A stretch of DNA of 63,160 bases, the filler included, from Intoshia linei (lineage: Eukaryota; Animalia; Orthonectida): assembly GCA_001642005.1 (NCBI GenBank). It is 4 parts of 4 records of this genome, joined end to end, with 100 filler letters (N's around TTAATTAATTAA, not from the genome) between each part and the next. Parts side by side here need not be neighbours in the genome. Positions count along the whole stretch, not along the records: positions 22,015 to 44,950 come from LWCA01000580.1; positions 45,051 to 58,832 come from LWCA01000994.1; 2 more parts are not named here. One strand, 5' to 3'. Shown here piece by piece: positions 39,494 through 53,721 of this stretch. A model generated the notes under the pieces. That model searched no databases. It was not told the DNA's origin and saw only the letters and a list, made by a program, of their open reading frames with translations. Positions within the stretch are counted from its first letter, which is position 1. The number at the start of each line of letters is the position of its first letter. The translations under genes and the position numbers were made by a program.

Positions 39494-42400
39494 AAAATTT
39501 CAAAATAAGGAAGATAATTTAGACGATGTTGAAGATTTGGAGGATTTAGAGGATTTAGTGTGGGATGAATTCGACGAGAATGAATTGGATAGCGATGTTA
39601 ATTCTCATTTAGATTCTGATGCTGATAACAAAAGTGAACATGTAAATTACATATTTATTTTTTAATTTTTAATTAATTTATTACATTGAAAATGAATTTA
39701 AACTGCCAGTCTCAATATAGCTTTTGGTTCTATAGGGTCTGACTGAAATAAGAAGAAATACATACAATATATGTGTTTATTTTTAACTAGCTTGACAGTT
39801 ATATACCATGTTATTGTGTTACGGTTTTGAGTGTAAAGGTGCAAGTTTTCGGGGTTCAAATTGATAATAATGCTCATGATTTTAAAAAATGTCCGGGATT
39901 TGTGTTTTTTAAATTCTAAGATACTTTTCGTTACAAAAAATGGTAATTGGTTTTGGCTGCGAAAGTGCCAAATTTTTAATTTAAAATCTTACTTTCTGTA
40001 CCGAAAAAAAATAACTTTGAATGTATGTTTTTAAAATTTCTGGGACTCAGTTTTCGATATAAATAGTTGCACGCAAACAGATTTAAATTAACACATTTTT
40101 AGCTTTTATTTTATATAAGTCAAGATTATTGAATGTCGAAGAAAAATGCTGGATATTCATATTTTTGTTTTTTTTTTAATATAATTTATTGGCCATGTCA
40201 ATAATTAATTTTAAATTTTATTTAGAGTAATGTGGATTTAACCCAATGTAAAGCTTTATTGGATAGTATCAAGGTATTTTAATCAAAATGTGATTGAATT
40301 TATAAAATTTTAGAATATATCCATTAATAATATCAAAATATTAACAAATTTGGTCAAAGCGGTTGTGATTGAGCAGAAAACAGTGATAAATTCACCTACA
40401 TTGAAGTGTAACAAGTCGATAAACAAAAAAATTGTCTCAATGACTTGTAACTATCAGATTACCGAACAATGTAAGATAATTCATTAAATTTGTTACATTG
40501 CACATGCAATGGAAGTAAGTTATGATCAAAATATCATCATATCTTTTGAGAAACATAAAAAAGGGCGTCTACTTAAATGCAACCATTTTTACTAAAAATC
40601 AAAATTTACCAACCCATTAGGGATAATTCCAGTGTTACCCTTATTGAATTAAAAAAGTATATATTATATGCATTGGATGATTTTCTGTCAATTTACATAG
40701 ATACTAGGTTGACTGTTATGTACTATGTACAAACAGCACCTAGATCTGGCGAGGGCACATTCTTATTATACAAAAAAAATAAATTCATGTTGAAAATCTA
40801 ACTTAAAAATTCTACTATTGACTATTATCAATCCTTTAAAGGAGTGGTTTCCAAACTTGTTTCAGGTGGAACCGTCATATCACTTTGCTTTTTACTATTT
40901 AGAAAATATATTTATTTTTATTTTTTAGTGAATTATTTCATCTTAATTTTTTGGTTAACATTTGCTTAAAAAATTTTAAAAACAAATGTTATTCTATTTT
41001 TTAATTTTATTAGACAGAATGTATGTATAATATTAAAAATAAAGTAAAAACAGTTCAATCCTAAAAATTGTCATAAATAGCATAAGTTCCAGAAAAAATA
41101 AATTATAAAAACCTATACCTTTACTTTTTAGCTTCCGACTATATTATCAATTGGCTCACAGATAATTTGCCATCTTTATTAAACAAAACTTGTAGACATA
41201 AATCTGGGTCCAGTTTAAACTATTCAGAATGGAAAAATAAAAAGAAACCATTTGAAACATTTCTATATTATTTTAGAATGGTAGAACATTATTTTGTATT
41301 ATATTTGAAAATATTGTTTTTAGATTGTTTTAATGTTTAAAAGTGATCCCTGTATTTTACAATTCATTACTTTTTTTGAATCAATTTCATTACATCTTGC
41401 AAATATTGACAATGAAATTTTCGGGAAATATCTTTGCGTAATAGATTATTTCCTCATTGTATTAATACCGTGTTTTAATAAATATTTAGTTCATCACATA
41501 TCACTGGAGTTGTAGTAATTCAATGGACATTAGAAATTGTTGTGACAGTTTACTGACCAAATTACTCAACTATTGTCCAAATAGGACTAATTCTATGATT
41601 TTAAAGGTATTCATTCTAACTTACATATTTCTTATATAAGTGTATTATTAAATCTCTGGCTGTCTGTCCGATTTATGACATCAAACTATTCTAAAATTCT
41701 ATGTAGTAGAATTTTAAATAGTAGTTTCCTTTTGAACTAATGAAAAATGGGCCAATATCTTATATTAACACCTTCCTGATTTATAAAGCATATTACCATT
41801 TTAGTAACTATTTTTTTGCAAATTATTATTTAAATACATATATACCACATTCAATGTTCACTTTTTTGGCAGGATACAAAAATCTAGATTGCCTGGTCTA
41901 GTATACATTTTGTATATTCACATTTTCAGAGTCTCAGAAAAAATTTCATTATAAATTGCAAGTTTTACACGACTGAATCTAAAAAATATGTCGAGTTTAT
42001 GCACAATAGCTTTGTCAATCTTTGTATAAAAGATGTCGAAGAAACCTATTCACTTTGTTTCAATTTGCTTAAAAATTTGGCGACTTTAGCTAGAAATGTC
42101 ACTGATGCAAAGGTTTTTAATTTTTTTTAATTTTAATTGCGTTAATAGAACAAAAATAATACTAAATCTTTTCAATTTTATTTGTCTCTAAAATTTGTTA
42201 CTTATGTTATATGTAAATATCTTAAAAATGAAGAAAAATTGAATACATTGATTCAACCGTTGATTGAAGTTATAATTTGTGTTATAAAGTAATTTTATTT
42301 TATATTCATATTTACAATACATGTGCTGTGAATGTATTGGTTGTTTATTAAATGTAGGCCTTATAACTACATTGTACACTAGGGCTATTCCATTTTTTTA

Positions 42401-43619
42401 ATATATAAATGACATATATACAAAATGAGCGCCGCTTAATTTGCTGCAGTATGATATTAATATTTTTAATTTTTATCCAAAAAACCCCACGTCTTAAAGT
42501 TTAAAGCTTTCATTTTGTGATTTATCAGTCAGTTTATTAAAAATTTATTTGAATTTATAAAACGTGACGTGAATATGAAAAATGTTAGGAAAACAAAAAA
42601 AGGTAAGACCCGTAGGTTTTTTGTGACAAAAATAAAAAATTTATATCATTATGCAGCAAATTAAATGGATATTAATATCTATACTATTAACTAATATACT
42701 AATAACCATTAGTATATGTCTTTTTTAAATTTCAAAAAAAAGTAAAAATTGGAATAGCCCTATTGTACACCCTCTACAGCAGTGGTTCTCGATTAATTTT
42801 TTTTATTTTCACTTGAGGTATTATATTTTTCCATGTACCATGTATTTTTATATATTAGAAATATATTAACATTAGAATACTATTTACAACAATGATTAAA
42901 GGTAATTTTGAGCAGATTTATTTTTTGTTAATTCTAAAATACGACGCTGATTAGATAAAATAGCACAACGTAAATTTACGTTTAATTACGTTACGTTGTA
43001 ACCGTCTTCTTAAATTTAATCTGCTTTTTTTTATTTTTTATTATTGATACAGTATTCTCACTAATTCGCATATGTTGTACTTAATTTTGACGAAATAAAG
43101 AAACACTACATATAATAGTACGTTTAGTTTTACTATAAAATTGTTCATATCACGATGAATTGTAGATAGAATTTTATTTTTAAATTTAGAATAAACTCGA
43201 GCAACGTTTCTTGTTTGTATCGATTTAAATGTATTCGTCTTTTGATTTACATATCAAAGGAAACAAAAATATTTATACCTATATTGGATTATATTTTGGA
43301 GGTAAATTTGATGCATTTGTCAAAATTAGTGTGGAGTGTGAATAGGTTACATAATTATTTAGACATTAGAACTTGTAAATACAGACAATACCACAAATAA
43401 ATCAAAAATATCTACAAATCTGGGAGATGTTCGATTTAAATTAACAATTTCAAATTCATTGGTTCACGATAAATCACATCACGTAATTTCAAACGTATTT
43501 TTATTGTAATTTTTTAGGACATAATTTTTACCAGTTCCATATCAATGTTGTGTGAATATCTTTTAATTTATGCAAACAGTGTAGCATTTCCAGAATTGTG
43601 CTATCGTTGTGTTATTAAG
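39494..43619 (+). CDS. NOC2L: Nucleolar complex protein 2 homolog, both ends incomplete
   Basis: Acidic N-terminal exon; FIINCKFY...FMHNSF...LKNLATLARN; LNTLIQPLIEVIICVIK; YRFKCIRLL...IFIPILDYILE; NSVAFPEL. These occur in Noc2 order across GT-AG exons. Confidence 0.82.
42380..42762. mobile_element. hATm-type MITE in a NOC2L intron
   Basis: TIR TAGGGCTATTCCA / TGGAATAGCCCTA, perfect TSD TTGTACAC, further subterminal inverted segments. Confidence 0.92.
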
Positions 43620-46442
43620 GTAAATTTTTAATAACTTTTTAAATTAAATTAATTGACCAAAAAGTTAAACTGTTAAAATTGGGTTTGTTAATAAAAAATA
43701 ATAATTTAACAAAATTAATATAATTACAATAATAAATAACAACGTATTAATATTTGTTCGGGGTGATACGTATGGATTCATTTTATTAGTGTTGTGACTC
43801 ACAACTTGTGAGTCATGAGTGAACTAAGGGATTATTTTAATTTTGAAAGGAATGGAATTTGTAGTCATTTGTCAGAAAATTGATATATTTGACATAGTTA
43901 AAAATTGTTAAATTGTGTTTTCGGGATTCATAATTAATAATCAGAATATTATATATTTTTAAATATTGTATTTGTGTATATTAGGGTGTCACACTTATCA
44001 AAGAATCAAAGGCAATTAGCATTAAAAGTGTGTATTTTTAAAATAGAAAAACTAATTCGCAATCAAAAATATTTAACGCTATCTATTCGAATTGCGTTTG
44101 TCATCTTAAATATCACTGTATAAATATTATGAAGAAGTTAAAACTGAACGTTATTTTAACGGAAATCGGCGTTTGAGCTTTTAAACGTGGTACCGCCTTT
44201 ATAATACTGTTCTCCATATTTAGTTATACAGTTTATTTTTTTAAATTTGTTTCTAGCTCAATTTTTTTGGATTTTATTAACGATTTAATTTCTCGAATTC
44301 TGGTTATTTATAATATAATAAATTCATTCAAATACAAGACATTCACGATCTTGTTTGCATTGAATAAAGTCATATTTGCAATGAATATGGTCAATACAGA
44401 GATTCCATAATATAATAAAATTTATTAGATATTTTTTGTTAAAATAACTTTTAAGTCATTTTTAAGAAGCAATAGTTAAATTAATCTTTCACAATATATT
44501 CGGGAAATTTTTTTTCATGATAAAATTCTTAATTGGACATTTTTCGATAATTATATTTAAATTATATTAAATGCATATATGAATTGCATATAATTTAGCA
44601 GATATGACTATTTTTAAAAATAATTTCATGACTTTGATAACTTTAACAAGATTTTGAAGGGAAATTTGAATATTATATCTGTTACCAAATTATTGTGAGG
44701 GTTGCCAATATAATTTTAATTTACATATTCCGAGTGTTTCGTTATTATAATATTTTTTTCGTAATTCCATCTTATTTATATAAACTATTCCCTATTTTAT
44801 ATTATAATAAAAATAGAACCGCTTCGATAACTGAGACCACTAAATGCTGTGTCAATTGTTTAAATTTATCATAAAATCTTAAAGGATAGAACCATTTTAA
44901 TAAACCCTTTGTAAAGAAGTTTCGTGGTACCAATTTATAGAAAAATATTTNNNNNNNNNNNNNNNNNNNNNNNNNNNNNNNNNNNNNNNNNNNNTTAATT
45001 AATTAANNNNNNNNNNNNNNNNNNNNNNNNNNNNNNNNNNNNNNNNNNNNTTTGCTGTAGCGAATCATGATGAAAATTTAAGGCTTGATAATTAAACACA
45101 AATTAAGCAGACTATATAGAAAAATATCGTAACTATGATACAATATTACCATAAAAATGTTCTTTTGAATAAAACAAGTTTCAACTTCATAGCGTTCTTA
45201 GTTTTTAATTTATTAACAAATTAAAAGGGTCAGTTAATTCAGGTTCACCCTGTATTTAAGATATTTTTTTAAGATTACACAATGTGTAATTGTGTTAATT
45301 AGATGTGCAGTAACTTAAACCAACAGTCTTATAATAATTCTCGTTAATTTAAAACCTCTTAATTGTAATCATTTTTTTAATCTTAATTTGAATTAAATTA
45401 AAAAATCCGAAAAACATGATTCATTGATAATAGAATCGGTCATTCTTGATCGAATAATATAATAATGTGAGTAAAGTACATGGTGGTGATATGGTGGTGG
45501 ACATGAGGTGGATATATTTTTAATAGTAAATAATTATTTTCAGATTTTCTTGAGGGCCAAGTAAAAATGTTTTTCATTTGATTAATCTATACACCTGTGC
45601 GAAATTTCATAAATCTACCATAATGTTGTAATGCTCTAGGCGTGAAATACACTAAAATTTAAAAAAAAAATTGAGTTTGGTGATCATTATGATTATAATA
45701 AAATTTTCTCATAATATTTTCTAAAAGAACAATCTATAATTTAAAAATAAAATAAAAATAGTTGTTGTTAATAGGTTATGTTATGGAAGAATTTATTTTC
45801 TACAATTTTCCTACAATGAGAGATGTATTGAAGATTTTTTCAATAATAGTTTATTGTTATTCCAATTAAAAATAAAAAATATTATAAATATGTTAAACAG
45901 ATTATAGATACATCTTTCACCAATGAGATATGCGATTGGTTTCTTGCATTAATGGATAACATTGTGCCAATATGCAGAAACATTAAAAAATAGTGTTTTC
46001 ACTAAATTTAATAATTTTGTATAAGAATTTTACAACTTTAGTTAATTTAAATGTTATTCTATATTAAAAAATATTAATTGAACCTTATTCAGCTTTCCTG
46101 TAATTAATTTGGTTATATGAGTTAGCAATACTCTTACTCTGTATATTTAAATAATAAATTGATATTCTGAGCACTTGAGCACCCTTATAAACTTTTTGAA
46201 TTTTGTTAAGAGTTTGGATTTTATGTTTGCTAATCAAAACGAAAAATTTTGGCGTATCGCCTATCAGAAATTCAAAAATATTAAAATTATTTCCACCCAC
46301 ATTAGGGCCTATCGTGCATTTATGTATACGATTAATAATTAATATCACCGATCAGTGAGTAATATTTAATTTATTTTATTATGCGTAACACGTATTGCGT
46401 ATCAACTAGAAATAATATAGAAACATTATATAATATGTAGTA

Positions 46443-47966
46443 CAGCGGTTCGCAAATGGGAATTCTGGGAACCCTAGGAATTCCAGAATTGATGCGGGAT
46501 ATTAGCTCCTTTGATACTATGACTCACACTTTATGATTCATAAATTGTAAATATTTTTAAAATTGCAAAAATTAAATTTTACTAATTGTATATTAATTCC
46601 TTATACATCAGCCATGGCAAACTCAAATACGTGGCGAGTCGCATTTTTTTGAAAATTTTTTAGGCGGGCCTTAAAATAGCTTAGCATCATAAAATTTTTT
46701 ATAGCATCACCTTTAGAAACCATTATACTATGAATCGAGACCAATATAATCAATTATCAAATACACAGTGTGCACTGAAAGTGATATCAAATCAGATAAT
46801 AGAAATCGAATGTTTTTAGTTCGAGCGGCCATAATTTTTTAATTTTTTCAAAATTTGTTCCTTTAGTTGTGATAATATTATTTAAAGGATAATCAAGATT
46901 AATGCATATACAAGATAACAATTACGGAGTAAATATGGCGAGTTCTTTCTTTTTCATTATTTTATGATAATTCTATCCTTGAAATTAATAGTGAAATATT
47001 TTTTTTTGTCGTTTTGTATCCATGGTGCAATATTGATTTTTTAAATTAATGTTCGAATGATAAAACTAGAATTTTAATTTGATATGACTTGCACGTATTT
47101 TTAAAAATTTAGAATTAATGGTTAATTACACAGTCCAACACCATAAAAATTATTCGCTTAGTGTATATTATAATTCTATTTTTCATATATTCCACTTCAT
47201 TTCGTTCAATAGTATTCAATTCAGTTAATAATTTCGTAAGTAACAACTATTCTCCCTTTCCAATCATATATAATAATCCATATATCTACTTTATTTAACA
47301 TTTCTATTGACCTTCAAATATGCCCATTTTAGCCACTTTTTCAAACTTTAGGCGTATTTCAAAAACAATCTGGATGCAAACGATGGAACAAACGTGATGC
47401 AGAGAAACTGATTGTACCATCTTGTTCAGAATAAAAATCTCTTCCAGTGCACTAAATTTTACTCTTGCATTCAGTTGTTAGTTTGTTGTACTGTGTTATC
47501 ATTAATTATTAAGTATGATTTTAATCGTATCATTGATATCATTAAATATGATCTTCTCGCAGTTTAGGTGTGCAAATGATGATTAACAATTTATTTTGGA
47601 ATATTTAATGATATCTATATTATATTATATATATACATGTACGAAGTCGCGGCGGGTTGCAATTAAATTTGAAAAGTGTCGCATGCGTCCCTCGGGCCGC
47701 AAGTTTGACACGGCTGTTGTACACTATGTATTTAATAGTATCTGTTACTTAAATAAATATTTTAATTATATCTACGTTTCTATTCTGATGATAATGTTCA
47801 ATGATTAAATATTTTTGAGATATCCATTTTTGGTGAAGTAGTGGTGAACTATTTATTTTAAAATTTTAATTGAATTATTATAATTCATATGATGTCATAG
47901 TTACACTAAATTAAAAAAAATTTGGAATTTTAGGGTACTTACTGTGAAGTATTTTGGGAACCGCTG
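46443..47966. mobile_element. hAT MITE hosting a nested hAT element at 46609-47716
   Basis: Outer CAGCGGTTCGCAAA / TTTGGGAACCGCTG; inner CAGCCATGGCAAACT / AGTTTGACACGGCTG with flanks TTATACAT / TTGTACAC. Confidence 0.7.
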
Positions 47967-49199
47967 AATCAGTACAATATATTAATAGTTAGTCTAAGTA
48001 CATTATATCTAGCATAGTTACTATACTATAGTAGATGTACTACACACTATTACATCATGTACAAAAAAATTCCAATTATTATATATGAAAATTTAGTTGG
48101 TAAATTATTAATATTATTATGAATGCCAGGTACAATAACATATTTTATTCTATTAGAAAGTAAACATAATTAATAATTAAATTGAAATTTACATTCATCG
48201 TACTTTTAGTGTTGGTAAATCGTTTTATACATAAATAAATATAAATCAGATAATAAAACCTTTTTAAGCTTTATAAGTAAAAAGTACGATACATAAGTTG
48301 ATCGAAATTAAATCTATTCCAAAAAATATTCCATTTTTTTTGGCGGTTACGGAGTAATCCGACATGTATTTTGTTCAATGAACAATGGTCATATAAATTT
48401 TAATTTAACATTAATATAAGAACCGAAATCATCACTACATGTAGATTAGATTACTCATTTCATCTGTAATTAATAATTAGTTCATTTGTAATTATCGCTG
48501 ATTGGATGCATCCAGTCAGTATGCTCATAATTCTGAATATTTGAATCAGAGTTGAGGTCTACCGATTTTTTAATATGACAAATGTGATGTGTATTATCAA
48601 TATAATACTTAGTCAATTTGCAATGAACTTTTTCTTAAACATAACTTATGTAATTATATATATCTAATATCCTTTGATCAACCTGATCACGAGTGAAACA
48701 AAAGGGTTGGAGGGTTCCACTTTTCCGAATAAAAATTCAATCATTTTCATGGCGCGTTCATTTACAAATCCATTTAATCCTTTATTTCTTTGATGAACAA
48801 ATCTTTGGATGAGTGCATTTATTATTAATTTTAGGATTTTCAATATTATTCATCTCGTAGCCCCAAATTTCTTTCATTTTTATTTTTTCAAAAATATTAT
48901 ATTATTCAAAACACACGGTTTATATAATTCTTTTTTATTTTAGCATAATCTCAACGAATACAAGAGTTATATAAAATAAATTATAACAAAAGAGTAGAAT
49001 ATATTCCATTATTTATTTATAATAAATTATATTAATACATTGAATTGTACCTGAATAATATTCATATCCGTAATTCATAATAATAATCTGTTTATTATAC
49101 TAACTATACATATATCTTGGATGTTATGTACTTTGTACAAACAGTAGCTACCTCTATAAAGGGCAAATTTTGTTCATTTTACACAAAAATTAATTTTAA

Positions 49200-49939
49200 T
49201 ATAAAATATTTATGTGAACATTTCTGAGGTTGAAATTTATGATGCTAATTGTTATAAAAACTGAATCATAATATATCTTTTTTAAATTCTGGGTACTAAC
49301 TTCTTATTGAATGAAAATAAAAAATGATAACTAAGGGGTTTACCAATGAAGCTGCAAGTTTCTGATGTTGAAATTAACGATTATGTTAATCATTTCAAAA
49401 ATTGTCGCAGAATTTTGTTTTGCAATTTTGTTTAAAATTCTAGGTCTGTTTTCATTTTTTAAAAAAAGGGTAATCTGGGGCTTTGATCGTGAAAATAATC
49501 TTTTTTGAGGTTGCAATTTATGATAATGCTTATGATTTCAAATGATTTCATAAATTTAAAAACCATTCCAAAATTTATGTTGTATAAAATTATAAGACTG
49601 TTTTAATTTTTACAAAAAATGGTTATTTGAGGTTTTGACCGTGAAGAATCTTGAAGATATAAGATTTTGAAATTGAAAATTATCATAATATTGATGAATT
49701 TAAAACTTTTCATTAGAATATGTAATTTTTATAATTCTAGAACGGCTTTGAATTTAAATAGCAAAGACAATTGTGGTTTTTAACCTTGAAGGACTCAATT
49801 TCTGAAATTTAAATTTGCGATAAAACATCACTCTGAAAAAACTGTTATAAGAATATGAAATTTTTAAAACTAGACTCCCCTTACTTTCTTAAATAAACAG
49901 ACATACATTTTTAACCATTTTACTCTATATAAATATGGA
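49200..49939 (-). mobile_element. Diverged Helitron-like family A relative with tandem subrepeats (similar pieces ~9100-9345, 15500-15870, 39800-40125)
   Basis: Recurring AAATTCTAG...GGTAAT...GGTTTTGACCGTGAAG unit; 5' end A|TCCATATTTATATAG. Confidence 0.55.
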
Positions 49940-50462
49940 TAATTAAGATTAGCACTATCAGTGTTATGTACTTTATATGAAGTGTAGTTACAAAATATCG
50001 AAATGCTAACAAATTCGAAATGTTACCACACGCATAATGTTATTAAGGATTTCAAGTACGCCAAGTTGTAATATTATTTTAATAATAATAATATATTTTT
50101 TTAAACAAGTTATTAGTCTAAGAAACTACAGTAAGTATTAATCAGTTTAATTTAACTTTTCAATGAGAAGTTATCCTGTAGTTTAATTTTAATAAAACAC
50201 GTATTCTAATAAAATTACTCTTCATACCGTAAATCCGGCATTTATAAGTGACTGCAAATGATTAATATTTACTTACATAATTTTTAATGTAATGATTGTT
50301 AATATATTTATTGGTTGCGAATTATTTAATAGCAACAACTATATCAACACAATAAATATGAAAAATTGTTAATAACAACAGCAATTATTTATCGTTATTT
50401 CTAAATTTGCTGATTGCTAATAAATGGTTAGTTAATTTATTACCGTATAAAACTATATCTAG

Positions 50463-51739
50463 ATGTACCAAGATGACGGACAACCAAAGACACTGTATGA
50501 GGAGCTTAACATGCGTAATTTTATTTTAGATATGTTGGTAATTTGCACGAGCGTTTGTCAGAGCAATTGCTAATGTCTCTTTTTATGCAATTTGGTGCTT
50601 GTACTCCCACTAAAATTATTAGAGATGTGGGATAAAAATATTTCATCATTAAATTACATTTTAGGGAACCAGCGATCCGTATTGTTTTATAACATACCAG
50701 TCTCATCAAATGGCAGCATCGGCTTTGGCCAGTATGAACAAGAGGAATTTTTATGGAATGGTGATTATTAATTTCAATTAAACTTAAATTAAATTTCAAT
50801 TTAATATACTAGGAAATTAAAGTGAATTGGGCAACCTCGCCAACTAATCTACGAAAACTAGACACTTCACGTATTTAATTCAACATTTTAAAATTCACAT
50901 TAAATTTATAGAACACCACCACGTGTATGTGGGTGACCTTAGTCCAGACGTTGACCAGCATCAATTACATGGTGCCTTTGCACCATACGGAGACATATCG
51001 TAAACATTATCATTAAATAACTAATTTTTTTTAGAAATGTAAAAATTATTCGAGACATTAACAATATGCGATCCAAGGGATATGGTTTTGTTACATTTAT
51101 TCATAAATCTGTAAATTGATAATGATGATTTAATCACTATTTAAACAGGATGCAGAAAAAGCTATTGTAGAAATGAATGGGCAATGGTTGGGGTCTAAAT
51201 CAATCAAAACCAATTGGGCTACCGGAAAAGTTCCCGTCAATTACTCTCAATCACGTTTGCATTTCAATTTTTAAATTTACATTAACTTAGTTGTACCAAA
51301 ACAGGAATATAGCAGTGTTTATGGAAAAGCTAGTGAAAATAACACGACTGTCTATGTTGGCGGCCTTAACGCAAATACTACAGGTATGATTCTATTTTTT
51401 GTTTTTAGTATAAAATTAATGTTAGAGGATCATGTCAAACAATCTTTTGCAAAATATGGAACAATAACAGATATTCGAGTTTTTAGAGACAGAGGTTATG
51501 CTTTCTGCAAGTATGATAAAAAAGCAGATGCCTGTACTGCTATCGTAGAAGGAAATGGCAATACTGTCAATGGAATGGTAGTCAAATGTTCTTGGGGTAA
51601 GGAAACGTTCGGCCAACCCATACCTCCTACCGATGTATTTTCAACACAAATGACGAGTTTTGAACAACCTCAAAATCAATTGAATTACCAACCCTATCAG
51701 TTTGACCCCAATGCGTACAATCCTCCTCCTCAAATGTAA
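50463..51739 (+). CDS. TIAL1: TIA-1/TIAR-family RNA-binding protein (3 RRMs + short Q/P/Y tail)
   Basis: [16 protein letters not shown]...DPYCF...EIKVNWAT...[13 protein letters not shown]...SKGYGFV...[17 protein letters not shown]...NTTVYVGG...VKCSWGKE. Introns are about 33-55 nt, apart from an uncertain final junction. Confidence 0.95.
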
Positions 51740-51814
51740 TGAAAGGATTTTAGACTAGCTGTTTCATATTTCAACATAAATTTAATCATGTCAATAAATT
51801 CATTTTTATGATAG

Positions 51815-52523
51815 TTAAATATATTTGAAAGTATCTTGCATGATTGTCAAAAACTGAGAAAATTCGATTGACCCTTTTCCCTTGACATCGCCAAGTTCGA
51901 GCATTTTTTTCAATTCATATTTTGTAAAGTTTAAATTTAGCCTTTGAGAATGTTGTTGTATATTTTCAAAGCTAATTTCCCCCGTTTTGTCTAAATTTTT
52001 TCAATTTTTATTTTTTCAATTTTACCAGAATCCATTATATTGAAAGCAGCTTTATACTCGTCCATCAAGTCATACGTCGAATTTACATCCAAATCCATGA
52101 GAGCATGGCAAGTTTCTATAAAATTTAATTGTCTCAGCCTGTAAACTGCGTTTCTGTTAATTATTTTTCGAGTGTGCGACTGGTTTCTATAATATGTTAG
52201 TATTTTCAACAAATTGGATAATTCGTCTTCATTGATGTATCTAAACTTTAGTTTACACATTTTGACAGTACCCATCGGAATTTCCATCCACTGTTTCAAA
52301 TACACTTGCCAGATCTTTCAACTCCTCTGGTGTGAAATTATTCAGAATGTCTTTATTTACTTTAAAATGGTACAATTCTATTTCGGGGTTCACTTCATGT
52401 TTGTGCAAAATTTCTATTAATTATTACTTTTAAGCAATTAGTACCAGTGATGGATTTGGACGCTTTTGTGCCTTCTGGTGAATCTTTGGTTCTCTCGTTT
52501 AATTTTCGCGTAATAGGCCTCAT
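51815..52523 (-). CDS. Centrin/calmodulin-like EF-hand protein, 4 exons
   Basis: EF loops DGNSDGYINEDE, DSDKTGEISFEN and DVKGKGSIEFSQF; EF2 is degenerate. 31-nt intron at 52241-52271. Confidence 0.85.
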
Positions 52524-52647
52524 TTCAAATAAGTTACTTATTTACATTCACCAAGACATTTACATATACTCAATCACTATTAATCTTAGATTTCGTAAAT
52601 AAGTTAAAAGTTAATTTACTACCAAAATAACGTATGAGCTACTAAAA

Positions 52648-52806
52648 TAGTGTGACTAGAAAAAAAACGTACTATCAATTTTAGTTTATTTGATGATAAA
52701 TGTAAAGCCAAAACTACTTATCTATGATGACGAATAAAAATTTTCGGCTTAAAATTTATTCCAAATAAACTAAAAGTGATAGTACGTTTTTTTTCTGGTC
52801 ACACTA
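52648..52806. mobile_element. Near-palindromic MITE
   Basis: ~45-bp TIRs starting TAGTGTGAC / GTCACACTA; ACTAAAA repeated on both flanks. Confidence 0.85.
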
Positions 52807-53295
52807 ACTAAAATAAAGTATTTTCTACCAAAATAACGTTAAATTACCAGGTAGCCTTTCGTAAATCATTACAATGTATTGCAATGTAATATGGCAGTAC
52901 ATAAAAGTGATCAACAAAACTAGCATTGGACTACAAATAAGATAAATTCATAGTAACAACGTATTTTGGAAATTTTCCAATTTTTTATTAACATGGTATC
53001 GATAAAGTAGGAAATAAATAAACGAATATTCTTTATTTTATTTTTTACAATACATTTCATTAAATTTTTTTAAAAAACACTATAACACTTACATGAAAAG
53101 CAATTCTATCTATTATATTTGGAACGCATTCAATTTTATTTAGGTAACTTACTCTTTGCATGCTAGATATGAATGATACAAATTAAAGTTGGAATCATTT
53201 ATTCAGTTTGTTGATAGAATAATTTCAAAAAATACTTTTATAGTAATCATTTTGAATTTTTAGAAATAATTTTTGCTGAGTGGCAATTATTTAAA

Positions 53296-53685
53296 ATGCA
53301 TGATTCAAATAGTCAATTACATAAGGACATCAAGATCAATCAGTTGATACATGTTGCAGGGCTAAAATATGACGATGCTTATGCTCTCTTGAAAAAAGCT
53401 CACTGGAAATATGAGGTTTATTTTTTTATACTTTTATCAACTTGATTATTATTAATAGACTGCTTTGAGTATGTTCTTTGATGAAAACGTCGTAGTTAAA
53501 CAACCCAATGATGATAAAATCGACACAAACCTGTTAAAAAACCCATCGGTATAAAATAGTTGATTGTTATAACGTTAAAATAGATACAAGCACCAGCTAA
53601 TACTCCAGTCACCCCAACAAATTATAATGACGCAATATCTATGCTATCAAAAATGACAACCAAACCAAAAAGGCAAGACCCCTAG
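53296..53685 (+). CDS. UBALD1: UBA-like domain-containing protein (FAM100/UBALD family), 3 exons
   Basis: INQLIHVAG...LLKKAHWKYETALSMFFDE...APANTPVTPTNYNDAISMLSKM. Confidence 0.88.
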
Positions 53686-53721
53686 TCGTGTAAAATAGAA
53701 TAATACAATACATTTATCCGT

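Noticed and set aside
50455-50465. TAG immediately before the TIAL1 ATG as a trans-splice acceptor
   Set aside because: A single instance, equally explained by a 5' UTR intron or chance; other starts lack it.
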